Assembly: GCA_002780005.1 (NCBI GenBank)
Contig: PEWV01000025.1
Span: 25,150 to 89,149 of the forward strand
Source: Candidatus Aquitaenariimonas noxiae
GTDB taxonomy: Bacteria > Omnitrophota > Gorgyraeia > Aquitaenariimonadales > Aquitaenariimonadaceae
DNA: 64,000 nucleotides
Reading direction: 5' to 3'
Shown in pieces: positions 18,101-25,059 of the stretch. Every line of letters starts with the position of its first letter. Within the stretch, counting starts at the first letter, position 1. Under the pieces are notes generated by a model. That model saw nothing but the letters and a program-made list of their open reading frames with translations. It made no database searches and was not told the DNA's origin. Both the position numbers and the translations under genes were made by a program.

Positions 18101-21100
18101 TAGAATAGTCAAGGTAGTCGCTCCAGTTACCCAAGCAATTCCAACAGGATGAATCACAAGAATACCCACTGCCAAAAGAATACTCGCTACAAACATCGCA
18201 ATACTTGTCTTATAACTAACTCCTCGCGCCAGAAGCGATATGGAGAGCGCAAGAGGAATAAATAGAACAAGTGCCGGCATAATGTGCATACCTACCAATA
18301 AATTAATAATCATAAAAGAAGCGCCATAAAGAGCGAACGCACCAAAGAACCGGCCTGCGCTATTGGTAGCATTGGATCCCGCTCTTTGGCCTGTAGGCAT
18401 AGCCTTTACAACGAATCCGGAAGGAGTAAATGCATCTTCGGCATAATAACGGCTTGATACAAAAAGGGATATCTGGTAGAAAAGGTGCTCATAATCTTCT
18501 CTTGTAGAGGCGTTCTCTTTCAAGCCGGCCAAATATTCTAATCCTCTTTCATCAAAATAATTGCCTGAAGGGAACGAGGGCTTTTCTTTTGTGAAATATT
18601 CCCGGATTTCATCAAATAGAGGTTTGTTATAAACGCATGAGGTGTAGAGTATTAAATCTCTGAATACCTGGGCTTTTTCTTCGTCTTTTTCTTCAACGGC
18701 CAGGCCTATACTATTATCATGGCCTAGTTCGTGGAACAGGCGTTCTGCTAAAAGCCATTTAGTTGCGGAGCGGTATTCTGAAGGTGCACTTAATAATGTT
18801 TCAACAAATGTTTTATTTAAAAGTATTTCGACATTGCCATTTATATCTATGTAACGTGCGGCATTTACGGTAAAGTTGTCAGACGACACGACGCGTATAA
18901 CAGGGGGCGCCCTGTTCTCTTTAAGATTTCGCGCGATAATATCTTTCAAGATAGCCTCTGCCTCGGTGCCCTGAGTTTCGGTTTCTAGCGCATCAAGGGC
19001 GTCGTACACAAGGCCTTGCAGCTTCTCCCTGTCACCCTGGGCCTCTCCACCGCGAACCGGCCTTTTCGATTTTTCAAGCTGTAGTTCTAATCCGTCATAT
19101 TTTTCATCAAACACCAAATCCTCATATTGTATAGGTCCGGTTCCTTCTCTAGCGGTAAGCATGGTTTTCATGCTCTCCCCGGACGCTTCTTGTTTCGTGC
19201 GCACCAAGGCAAAACGCCTGCTTAATAACGGCAAAAGTAGGCGCGCGACAACATAAGCGACCAGTGATGCGCCGACTAATATCAGAGGTCCCGTGCCAAA
19301 AGTCGGAGGCGTTGCTACCGCTGGAGGAATGTTAGCTACACCTTGTAGATATCCACTTAGTTGTTGGTGATAATTGTTTATAAAATTGCCGGCAAAATAT
19401 AAAGTTGCCCCGGTCGATACAACACCCAGGATCTGATTTAAGAATGTCCCGAACCCTATGCCAACCCAATATTTTGTAAACCTATGGCGGAGTTCCCGCT
19501 CAAAAATACTATACCAAACCATGCTCACAAAACTCATTTCTATCGTATCGATGAAACTCGCCGCAAACAAGAAAACGGTATATGTGAGGGGCATTGTCGC
19601 AGGGTTAAACAGGAATATGAAGATCTGCGGGAATAGTATGGTCTTGAATAAGACTGAAGCCAATCTTATAGTGCATATCCATAACCATGCCTTTCTGAGC
19701 TTTCCTTCAGCCCCTGAAGTATCTCCCTGCAAGGCTTCGTCGGCTTTACGGTAAGACACGTAGCTTGAAATCACCATTACTATTGAACTCGCAATGCCTG
19801 CCAGGAAAGAAGTCATCGCTAACCTGGTGAAAGATTCGCCCATGAAATTGTAAGGAAGGACTACCAACACCCTTATTATGCCTCCGAAAACATTAGTCAG
19901 GAGCCAACCGATCTCGCCTAGGGCAAAAATACGGCTCCGGAAGAAGCTCCTGTAAAGCTGCCATTTTTGGCTGAAGGTGTCAGTATCCTTTTCATAATAC
20001 ACAGCATCGGGCGTCTCGGGCGCGGCGCGCCTAAAACCGACCAAAACTCTATCGGTCTCGGGCGAAACGTCATCTTTGGCGACTCTGATCTTATTTGCAT
20101 TAAATTCTATCACTTCTTCAATAGGCAATTCCCCTATTCCCGGCAATTTGACAGAACGTATATCTACGATCCGTTCGGGCCAGGTTTCGCACACACACGT
20201 GACATTAACCACTGCTGCTGCTACGCTTTGCCCTGTCTCTGCGTCATGATAATATACAAGATAATCTTTTCTGTCCTTTACACTGCCTGCTGTCGAGGCC
20301 TCTTCCTGTAAGCGGCCTGCTTCTTCGGTATTTCCGGACGGCGCAATAGAATCCAAAAGCCCAAGCCTTCTATTTTCCGCGTTTATTTCAACAACTTCAT
20401 ATTTCCTTACTTCCGGCGAATATATAACTACCGGCTCATCGGCCAGATCTTTACGAAAATCTTCCACCTCGAAAATAAACCTATCCTCACCCGGATCATA
20501 ACTCACCGGGAAGCCCCATACATAGATAACGCCTTCTTCTTTAAGCCTAATCTCGGCTTCGGCTCGTTTTGTCTCGAGCGCTTCGCGCACAGCCGGATCA
20601 AATTCAAATTGGACCAATAATCTATCTACCCAATTATTGTTTCCATTTGTTGAATACTCGCTTGTAATTTTAAACTCTCCTGGCCCGACCTCTTCAGCTT
20701 TTAATCCTCTGCGCTGCCAACCATACTGGACGAGCTCTGCCCTGCATGACCCGTTAGACCATCTCCACATATGCCGCCACGGATAGAGCAAATTTCCAGG
20801 GCCTTCTTTATATTTAAATCCCTCGCCAGCGCAGACAACCATATTAAACCGGTCAGGATAGAATATAAACCACTCTCCTTTAGCGTCCTTAACCGGACGT
20901 ATATTGGAATCACCAAGGCATTTGACTTTTAGGCCTCCTCCGAAATCATAATAAGTAACCAAGCCTGATCCCTCATTGAGTTTAGTCACAACATAACTTG
21001 TGCCTGGTGTTGTTATCCTGATATAAGGATTAAAGGGTTGGCGCACAAAGATTGGGAGCAAAGCCTTACTTACGGCATAGATCACTGCAAAAGGTATCGC

Positions 21101-24100
21101 TATCCAGAAAAGGCTCAAAGCCCGCTCTATAAGCATATGCGGGCTTTTCAATTCAACAGTATAGGAAATATACTTTACGATCACGGCAATAACGCCGGCT
21201 CTTAATAATCCGGCAATTACCTGGCCTATACCCAAAAGGCTCCAGAAATTAGTGCGGACATCTTTAGGCACGGTCCTGTCCCAGCGCACTGTCCTTTCTT
21301 GTATGATACGGCTATTTCCGAACTGTATCATATTTCTATATGCGGATACTAAATTGCTAATTATAAGAACGGCCATAACTACGCCCTGCGCCGAGATCCC
21401 AAAAAGCCCTGCCCAATGCGGTTGGGCAAGTAAGGTAGCCAATAGAAAATAGATCATTACGAAAGCGAATCCAACCATAACCTGCCAGAAGGCAACCCAT
21501 TTTCTATCCTGTATTAATTGCTCCCTTAATTTGAATTCGGGCGACATGGCTAAACCGCTGCGGCGTTCTTGATACGGTCTTTCCGCATCTTTTATCTTTT
21601 CGGTACGATTCATGCGGGCATAGACTATCGTTACTGCAAGTATTGCCGAGAATGCTACAAATGATAATTCCATCCACAAAAATGACATGGAAAGGATGCC
21701 GAATTGCATTTCGGCTACGCGGGTTAAAGTTAAAAGAAGCACGGTCTCCAAAACCCCGAAGGAAGGCCAGGCTAAAAGCTCTCCTACTTCGAGCCATAAA
21801 TTCATAGGGCTTGCCGGCAGGTATCGCGTAAAGTACATACGAAGGAGGCCAAGGAAATTTGGACAAGGGGTCGAGACGATTTCCGGGGGATGAACTTCAA
21901 AAGCTACTATTTCGCCCTGATGTTCCGATGAAAATCTGCCACCGTCAAAACCATCTCTGGTGTCATTCCATCGGACTTCAACGCCCCTTACCCATATTGA
22001 TCTTCCCCTGGTAAGATGATCAAGGATCTCGTCTTTTCTTTCTTGCAAAATGCCTATTATGGAATTGCTGCCGAACTTATTAAGAAATCTCTCCCAAATA
22101 TGCTCTGCGCGCTCATCCTGACGAGATGGCTCAGGCGCTTGGGCTACTTCCGCCTGTTCATCACGTAACCTATTTAGGACTATTACAGCTTTGCTCCATA
22201 TAAAAGGTGCTACCACGGCTGTCCAAACATAAGCTATTAAATCGCTTCCTAAAATACTTGGAAGTCTATGAATAGATTCGTGAGATAAGATAAGTCTTTG
22301 GTCCTGCGGCGAGATAGATTCGAGGGCTTCCCGTATTCTCTCTTTTGTTATACTAGAACCTTTTCTGATGCTGAATGCTAAATTTTTGTCTCTGCCTGTA
22401 ACTATTAAGACATCTTCTGTTTGCTTTTCACTCTCTATGAGTTCTCTTTCTAATGCGACTTGTAAAGACGGATGAATGTCAAAAGGTGGTCCTGCCCTCG
22501 TAGGCGCGCTGGTAGATAAATGCGCCAGCATGTTCAGCGGGCCGCGCGACAAATTGAACAATCTCACGGCTGAAACTGAAAAATAAACTCCTAATATAAA
22601 CGGCAAAGCTGCAAATAACCAGTGCGCATTCAAATAAAAAGCTATAGCGACTCCTGCAATCCCGCCTAAAGCAAAAAGGCTGCTTGCGAAACCTGTAACC
22701 ATTGCCGGCTTAGGAGCGATCGGTATTGAAGAAATATCCTCTTCATCAGATAGCGCCAAAGTCGGCTCTAGATCTAAAATGAATTTATTCTCATCCTTTT
22801 CTCTAAATCCGAACCTGTTAGCGATCGAACGCATTTCTTCATTTATACCTGCAATCTCGCAGCTAAACCTTGTATAACCCCGCCCTTCCAGCCGTTCTAT
22901 AAAAATCTCGAATAACTTTGTACCTATGCCTTGTTCTTGAAAATTAGGATCTACCGCCATTTCTCTAAGCTCGAACGTCCTGCCGTGCACAGGCGAACCG
23001 GTTATATATCCTTGGACCTTACCATTTACCCTGCAGACTAAAATATCCGGCTTTATTTCCGCATCGCCCTGCGACATAGCGATGATCGTTCTATAACCGC
23101 TGGAAAAATCATGGCCGCCGGCTTTTTTGGCTTCTTCGGCTCGGTGCGGATAGATTAAAGAACTAAGCTCTGCGATCCTTCCGACATCATTTTCAAGGGC
23201 CAGCGTAATTTCCGCACCCTTGCCTATTTCTGCAATTAAGATATCTTCTTCTCCGAAATCTAACGCATACTGGACAGGCCTTTGGGCTTGAACAGGCTGT
23301 GGCTCATTTAACACATCTTCAACAATTTGAGTAAGCGAGCTGAATTCCCTGTGGCTTATCCGGGAATAACCCGGAGGCGCCCTGGCAGATTCTGATGTAA
23401 CCCAGTCGGCGACATCCAAAAACATATCTCTATCTTCTAAAGACGACCAAACAGGAAGATCCATAACTGTGGAATAGTCACCTATCGGCAGCCTGCCGAA
23501 GAGTTTCCAAAATCTCAAGGGGACTATTACGTGGTAGATCAGGCCCCTTAATTGTTTTTTTGTCGTAAGCGAGCTCAAGTTTGACGGATAAGCGATCCCG
23601 TACAAATCGCAATAATCCCTAACTATTTGTTTAACATCAGCGATCGAGACATCAGATCCTTTAAATTGCCGCCAAAATCTTATTCTTTCCTCTTTTTCAT
23701 AATCAAAAATTGTGCGATCCTGCCATGACGCGCCGTGTCTAAGCGCCCATAGGGCAGGATGTGTTTGTAAAATAGCGCCTTGTTCGGAAAGCTCCTTTAG
23801 TCTATGTGCTGCTATTTTTCTTGTAACTTTATTACTGTCTGTAAGCTTTTTAATTAAAGTTGCGAGCTCAGCCCTGCTTATTTGAGCAGTAACGGCTTCT
23901 GCATTATCGGCGGGTTCTTTTGGTTCATCCCTATCGGCTGTTGCGGGAACTGCGACGGCATCTTCTTCGGCAACCGGCAATGCCTTCATCTTCATTATCT
24001 GCCTGCAGAGATTTCTATTTATTCTTACATCTGTGGCCCCCTCTTCCTGGCCTACTAATTCATTTGTATATGGATGAGTTGTCTGGCTTGGATTGTAATA

Positions 24101-24508
24101 ACGAAGGATATAGCCGTTCATGCAGCTTATCAGTATCTCGCCTCTGCCGGTCGTATGTTGCAGTTCTGCAACCCAGCCTTGGCCGGCTTCTGCTAAGGCC
24201 GCCCTTACGCCATCCAGGGACAAGTTTTCTTTTGTCCGGCCGTTCCCGTTTTCGATCAATTCGATAAGAAGCTTGGCCTTTACGCTGACAAGCGATTTTT
24301 CATTATCAAAAATCGACGGAGGAATTAAGGCGTGCCTTTTTGTTAACCCCGTTAGAAACTTTGTTATATTTCTTTTTTTAGATGATATTTCTAACGGGGT
24401 GAATATATCCGGATCGGCATAGGCAACAGTCTGGTATATAAGGCAAAATACTAGCGTTAGCGCTATTGCCTTTACCCAGGTATAATTTTTCAAATTAATA
24501 ATGCTCAT
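11597..24508 (-). CDS. giant (4303 aa) polytopic membrane multidomain protein with GNAT, about 20 TM helices, HExxH motifs, SAM methyltransferase, two wHTH-like modules, HD domain, HisKA plus HATPase_c core and the conserved C-terminal module
   Basis: Uninterrupted 12,912-nt ORF with ATG at 24506-24508 and TAA at 11597-11599, 1 nt before the next ATG. Signal peptide VKAIALTLVFCLIYQTVAYA|DPD. Motifs: QEQGIGTKLFE (GNAT), HELGH and HETAH, VVLDLGCGGGEDS (methyltransferase motif I), LFHDIDRFF (HD), FIHDVLQPMTEL (H-box-like), then LRRILSNLLTNIPRYV, IEVEDDAGGI and GHGLATSRQF..GVGTTFKI (GHKL N, G1 and G2 boxes). Many hydrophobic 20-25-aa stretches at aa 600-650, 905-1150, 1520-1760 and 2050-2180. Confidence 0.85.
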   Translation of the reverse strand: MSIINLKNYTWVKAIALTLVFCLIYQTVAYADPDIFTPLEISSKKRNITKFLTGLTKRHALIPPSIFDNEKSLVSVKAKLLIELIENGNGRTKENLSLDGVRAALAEAGQGWVAELQHTTGRGEILISCMNGYILRYYNPSQTTHPYTNELVGQEEGATDVRINRNLCRQIMKMKALPVAEEDAVAVPATADRDEPKEPADNAEAVTAQISRAELATLIKKLTDSNKVTRKIAAHRLKELSEQGAILQTHPALWALRHGASWQDRTIFDYEKEERIRFWRQFKGSDVSIADVKQIVRDYCDLYGIAYPSNLSSLTTKKQLRGLIYHVIVPLRFWKLFGRLPIGDYSTVMDLPVWSSLEDRDMFLDVADWVTSESARAPPGYSRISHREFSSLTQIVEDVLNEPQPVQAQRPVQYALDFGEEDILIAEIGKGAEITLALENDVGRIAELSSLIYPHRAEEAKKAGGHDFSSGYRTIIAMSQGDAEIKPDILVCRVNGKVQGYITGSPVHGRTFELREMAVDPNFQEQGIGTKLFEIFIERLEGRGYTRFSCEIAGINEEMRSIANRFGFREKDENKFILDLEPTLALSDEEDISSIPIAPKPAMVTGFASSLFALGGIAGVAIAFYLNAHWLFAALPFILGVYFSVSAVRLFNLSRGPLNMLAHLSTSAPTRAGPPFDIHPSLQVALERELIESEKQTEDVLIVTGRDKNLAFSIRKGSSITKERIREALESISPQDQRLILSHESIHRLPSILGSDLIAYVWTAVVAPFIWSKAVIVLNRLRDEQAEVAQAPEPSRQDERAEHIWERFLNKFGSNSIIGILQERKDEILDHLTRGRSIWVRGVEVRWNDTRDGFDGGRFSSEHQGEIVAFEVHPPEIVSTPCPNFLGLLRMYFTRYLPASPMNLWLEVGELLAWPSFGVLETVLLLTLTRVAEMQFGILSMSFLWMELSFVAFSAILAVTIVYARMNRTEKIKDAERPYQERRSGLAMSPEFKLREQLIQDRKWVAFWQVMVGFAFVMIYFLLATLLAQPHWAGLFGISAQGVVMAVLIISNLVSAYRNMIQFGNSRIIQERTVRWDRTVPKDVRTNFWSLLGIGQVIAGLLRAGVIAVIVKYISYTVELKSPHMLIERALSLFWIAIPFAVIYAVSKALLPIFVRQPFNPYIRITTPGTSYVVTKLNEGSGLVTYYDFGGGLKVKCLGDSNIRPVKDAKGEWFIFYPDRFNMVVCAGEGFKYKEGPGNLLYPWRHMWRWSNGSCRAELVQYGWQRRGLKAEEVGPGEFKITSEYSTNGNNNWVDRLLVQFEFDPAVREALETKRAEAEIRLKEEGVIYVWGFPVSYDPGEDRFIFEVEDFRKDLADEPVVIYSPEVRKYEVVEINAENRRLGLLDSIAPSGNTEEAGRLQEEASTAGSVKDRKDYLVYYHDAETGQSVAAAVVNVTCVCETWPERIVDIRSVKLPGIGELPIEEVIEFNANKIRVAKDDVSPETDRVLVGFRRAAPETPDAVYYEKDTDTFSQKWQLYRSFFRSRIFALGEIGWLLTNVFGGIIRVLVVLPYNFMGESFTRLAMTSFLAGIASSIVMVISSYVSYRKADEALQGDTSGAEGKLRKAWLWICTIRLASVLFKTILFPQIFIFLFNPATMPLTYTVFLFAASFIDTIEMSFVSMVWYSIFERELRHRFTKYWVGIGFGTFLNQILGVVSTGATLYFAGNFINNYHQQLSGYLQGVANIPPAVATPPTFGTGPLILVGASLVAYVVARLLLPLLSRRFALVRTKQEASGESMKTMLTAREGTGPIQYEDLVFDEKYDGLELQLEKSKRPVRGGEAQGDREKLQGLVYDALDALETETQGTEAEAILKDIIARNLKENRAPPVIRVVSSDNFTVNAARYIDINGNVEILLNKTFVETLLSAPSEYRSATKWLLAERLFHELGHDNSIGLAVEEKDEEKAQVFRDLILYTSCVYNKPLFDEIREYFTKEKPSFPSGNYFDERGLEYLAGLKENASTREDYEHLFYQISLFVSSRYYAEDAFTPSGFVVKAMPTGQRAGSNATNSAGRFFGAFALYGASFMIINLLVGMHIMPALVLFIPLALSISLLARGVSYKTSIAMFVASILLAVGILVIHPVGIAWVTGATTLTILGAMVSFSAGAMLKQLRSGREITILQRALLVILLLVTIFIPQYVRVQQELGAANDRAIRYKIPENADRAKARRTIRRPDWYRMGNEMRSGSRYIDKRDGQGFLYGPKLRTALMAMRELDPEMFSWMEANDVPIYRDGATPPWVAGYTGRMNRGYAYTFAPGGAGVRYNINPVEYSRQAIENAVRAGKVDIPIEEVQELTEEDLDTSSVANIYSVIEHETAHYRELWPYYDNWISEKILDNITMFKLIDIEKRAFNRAMEGKERAGYHVTFLDKFEYVQKAYNIQRMMIIFTTIIKDVFLILLVWFLSNPIRIVRGIRRGILSHCFIDYETYFLMSDVIGDIRSGKWRKTHRKLRDFVEERVSSVHDAIMYRIEWRPDALIVWRDIHMAFAAYAENVARDRQRKGDRELWEDTLRRLSALRPVVHRRDGLTARHLLNRYFDRNLYICGPARIDEQGNIAWPVTNMKPDSDTPHYWDEFERRATVGWLVIETAYANALRREGVRRVYLERRDRSQRNLSQDQIDRLFGGPIRPLKPHSTIAGPGVREEDHDNITNPMLERIFDGEKPGCYISDTEGSETRQSQEDNKLLADLRGLTLNYYKDTPEEAEASEDLKDTNIYLLDPDARSPPEARSYCLWQDVADPVARFVIGHAGRGLGGHFREGEFPAQQNGYLPLALMRQLMVDRAREKVRDNIGRYNYLTRVIALMVRHEARHAREKKLTNGETEEVEQEVAEMMRALHPYLSANQARLLEERFEEFGDKVAQILEHYGTFTAQEIEDSERLLESWRSSAVLTPIELWQLWSYLTLTGREMGEEYAQLHRDIVGLISEAFKNGKKDEQDIVPQIDGVVIGYPWRRSDPSMERAANIIDKKRALLERVAFRSGEVVLDLGCGGGEDSVDIARNNPEVMVYGIDARSENLKRAIAYADASIPGQSNIRFLQRDFRSNPENIPLRGIPLNDSSVDKILLLSDVFVGQSEEFIVSAWQEVLRVLKPGGQIIFFGSVGLVELEDLLGMKVEDYLIYHIVVKAYWGNLYSYIINVESKPPYAAAHRTYPQGSPAEFLKSILLTKDWPTPELQVLATRFKSGGALTISELQQLRFKNQENFGEGVFSYETVRIEIANLEEAGIVNIDRNSSTHKISLRKELKGKMPRYLVNRLCNIRIDAPSLQRSSRLSSQPLRHYDEVSKLQAEEVHALRQMVDKILGQSTLPDSSTTTQPAPVITAESKKGWHGVTTAFSGLASPKGSPAEALCDLFAHRSQIGINPITVRSAQGEWRRENTRTGKPYARVVIANELEALRRLGFLAIKDAPDSEPREPVRGKPNVYYLTNIFFQIQDEELVDRICDIDVEGDYVMQHCTYSESRLAMARDKITEHMRCTAPIDITHRQESDEILGRLRTAIEENRTNLNKMTDPEKAQWLFDWMDANKNCRDELFIRNMPPHMRSIPGIIREIDPSADPAALIAGLFHDIDRFFEGYYVHPSDGFKGGTPQYLHYKSNQHPRLSANFALKWLREAGVSDKVLGDVEILILRHETGITEEVAAENGFQQEAASDMNLLQRADSISQFIPELLINSYILLERDKGKGEGNAMIRYKYARLVPEDKIRADAFVAAGEETFRQSKEGVETLAVFQSIRSELMHTQGTAEGAKAPLGQPAVTVEPTEESVKMVAFIHDVLQPMTELYGWLAYVQDNLRPDADASEKEKFMAVYTLLDSIKVTQQERKRPYYHGRETGDWNAVVEDGKAFADELRQAYGAVKVYFTENPTRLDAITDPSVLEICRESFEGDFSAAALEFAESGLDMLDSYVMENIELGAFLGGFLQARGKEFHDKNIRIYFEKPQEGLIVKASRGGLRRILSNLLTNIPRYVEAGAEHKVTVRLKPSNGQVLIEVEDDAGGIRKPEMLEKVLDPETQTETKAIFVRGSSDKEDTGILSKGHGLATSRQFALSFGGDMDVDTEAGVGTTFKIILPQVEGKAEPGRIQAERFVENIRALAKEAKDNGEELLVGIDTEIGNLGDYAQNLLTILTELRQKEGLDNLTVIAGEGNVLSAHLNAYLEDALRAGRKVRAAAIVREDNRAKRMFNSLEGKSQIISVDDTRIMSEDGKTLNQFIPITRIVECALMRVLNKPYEPIPYVEEREEDGILKFIMLPPAQPLSEEELRRRYDEEAEFIGNA
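12209..13126 (-). other. histidine-kinase core (HisKA-like H-box plus HATPase_c) embedded in giant gene 2 (aa ~3795-4100)
   Basis: H-box-like FIHDVLQPMTELYGWL, then N-box RRILSNLLTNIPRYV, G1 VLIEVEDDAGGI and G2 KGHGLATSRQFALSFGGDMDVDTEAGVGTTFKI. Confidence 0.55.
13499..13831 (-). other. HD-domain-like region in giant gene 2 (aa ~3560-3670), paralogous to the one in giant gene 1
   Basis: NMPPHMRSIPGIIREIDPSADPAALIAGLFHDIDRFFEGYYV..NQHPRLSANFAL..ILRHETG aligns residue for residue with the MSPHMQALPDVV..LHDADRFFDGYYV..IQHPRMAADFAR..IRNHEKG segment of gene 1. Confidence 0.5.
15059..15541 (-). other. class I SAM-dependent methyltransferase domain in giant gene 2 (aa ~2990-3150)
   Basis: GEVVLDLGCGGGEDS (motif I), MVYGIDARSEN (motif II) and LKPGGQIIFF (post-II). 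Checked at 15421-15448. Confidence 0.65.
22799..23191 (-). other. GNAT N-acetyltransferase-like domain in giant gene 2 (aa ~440-570)
   Basis: ELREMAVDPNFQEQGIGTKLFEIFIERLEGRGYTRFSCEIAGINEEMRSIANRFGF matches the acetyl-CoA-binding motif A (Q/R-x-x-G-x-G/A). Checked at 22860-22951. Confidence 0.55.
23993..24335 (-). repeat. N-module DNA repeat, copy A (5' end of giant gene 2), ~88% identical to 34000..34342
   Basis: Direct read-off alignment: cattatctgcctgcagagatttctatttattcttacatctgtggccccctcttcctggcctactaattcatttgtatatgg.. against cattatctgcctgcatagatttctatttattcttacatctatgacgccctcttcctggcccactaattcatttgtatacgg.. It encodes the near-identical segment LIPPSIFD..VKAKLLIEL.ENGNGRT.ENLSLDGV.AALAEAGQGWVAELQ..GEILIS.MNGY.LRYYNPSQTTHPYTNELVGQEEG..DVRINRNLCRQIMKMKALP. 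Confidence 0.8.
24347..24399. repeat. small palindromic (MITE/REP-like) element inserted in-frame in giant gene 2
   Basis: CCCCGTTAGAAA (24347-24358) and TTTCTAACGGGG (24388-24399) form a perfect 12-bp inverted repeat around a 29-bp AT-rich core. The element encodes ~18 extra residues (TPLEISSKKRNITKFLTGLT) that giant gene 3 lacks at the homologous position between the signal-peptide cleavage site and HTLIPPSIFD. Confidence 0.6.
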
Positions 24509-24510
24509 GT

Positions 24511-25059
24511 TTAGGCTTTTCCTATGAATTCCGATTCTTCCATATACCTTCTTTCAAGCTCTTCTCTTTCAAGCGGTTTTGCATCTTCCTGCACACTAAG
24601 TATAAGTTTTAAAATACCGTCTTCCTCAACCTCTTCAACGTATGGAATCGGTTCATGAGGCTTGCTTAGTATTTTCGTCAAGGCGCGCTCTATTATTTTA
24701 GCGATTGGAATATAGTAATTCAGGCTGCCTGTAAAGTTATCTATAACACGACTATCATCAACTGAAACAACTTGAGCTTTATCGACTAATGATTTAAACA
24801 TCCTTTTCTGCCTATTGTCCTCTTTCACTATAACTACTGCCCTAACCGTCTTACTGTCCCTTTGCGCATCTGAAAGATATGTATTTAATTGGGCCGACAG
24901 AATAGTTCCCTCACCGGTAATGACCCTTAAGTTTTCCAATCCCTCTCGGTCTTTAAGATTAACCAATGTCTCAAGCAGGCCTGGCGCATAATCTTTCAGA
25001 TTTCCGATTGTCGTGTCTATGCCCACTACTAATTCTTCGCCTTTATCTTTTGCTTCTTT
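24511..25059 (-). other. conserved C-terminal module, copy 3
   Basis: EELVVGIDTTIGNLKDYAPGLL..NLRVITGEGTILSAQLNTY..TVRAVVIVKEDNRQKRMFKSL..QVVSVDD..YIPIAKIIERAL..KPHEPIPYVEEVEEDGILKLILSVQEDAKPL..RYMEESEFIGKA*. Confidence 0.75.
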
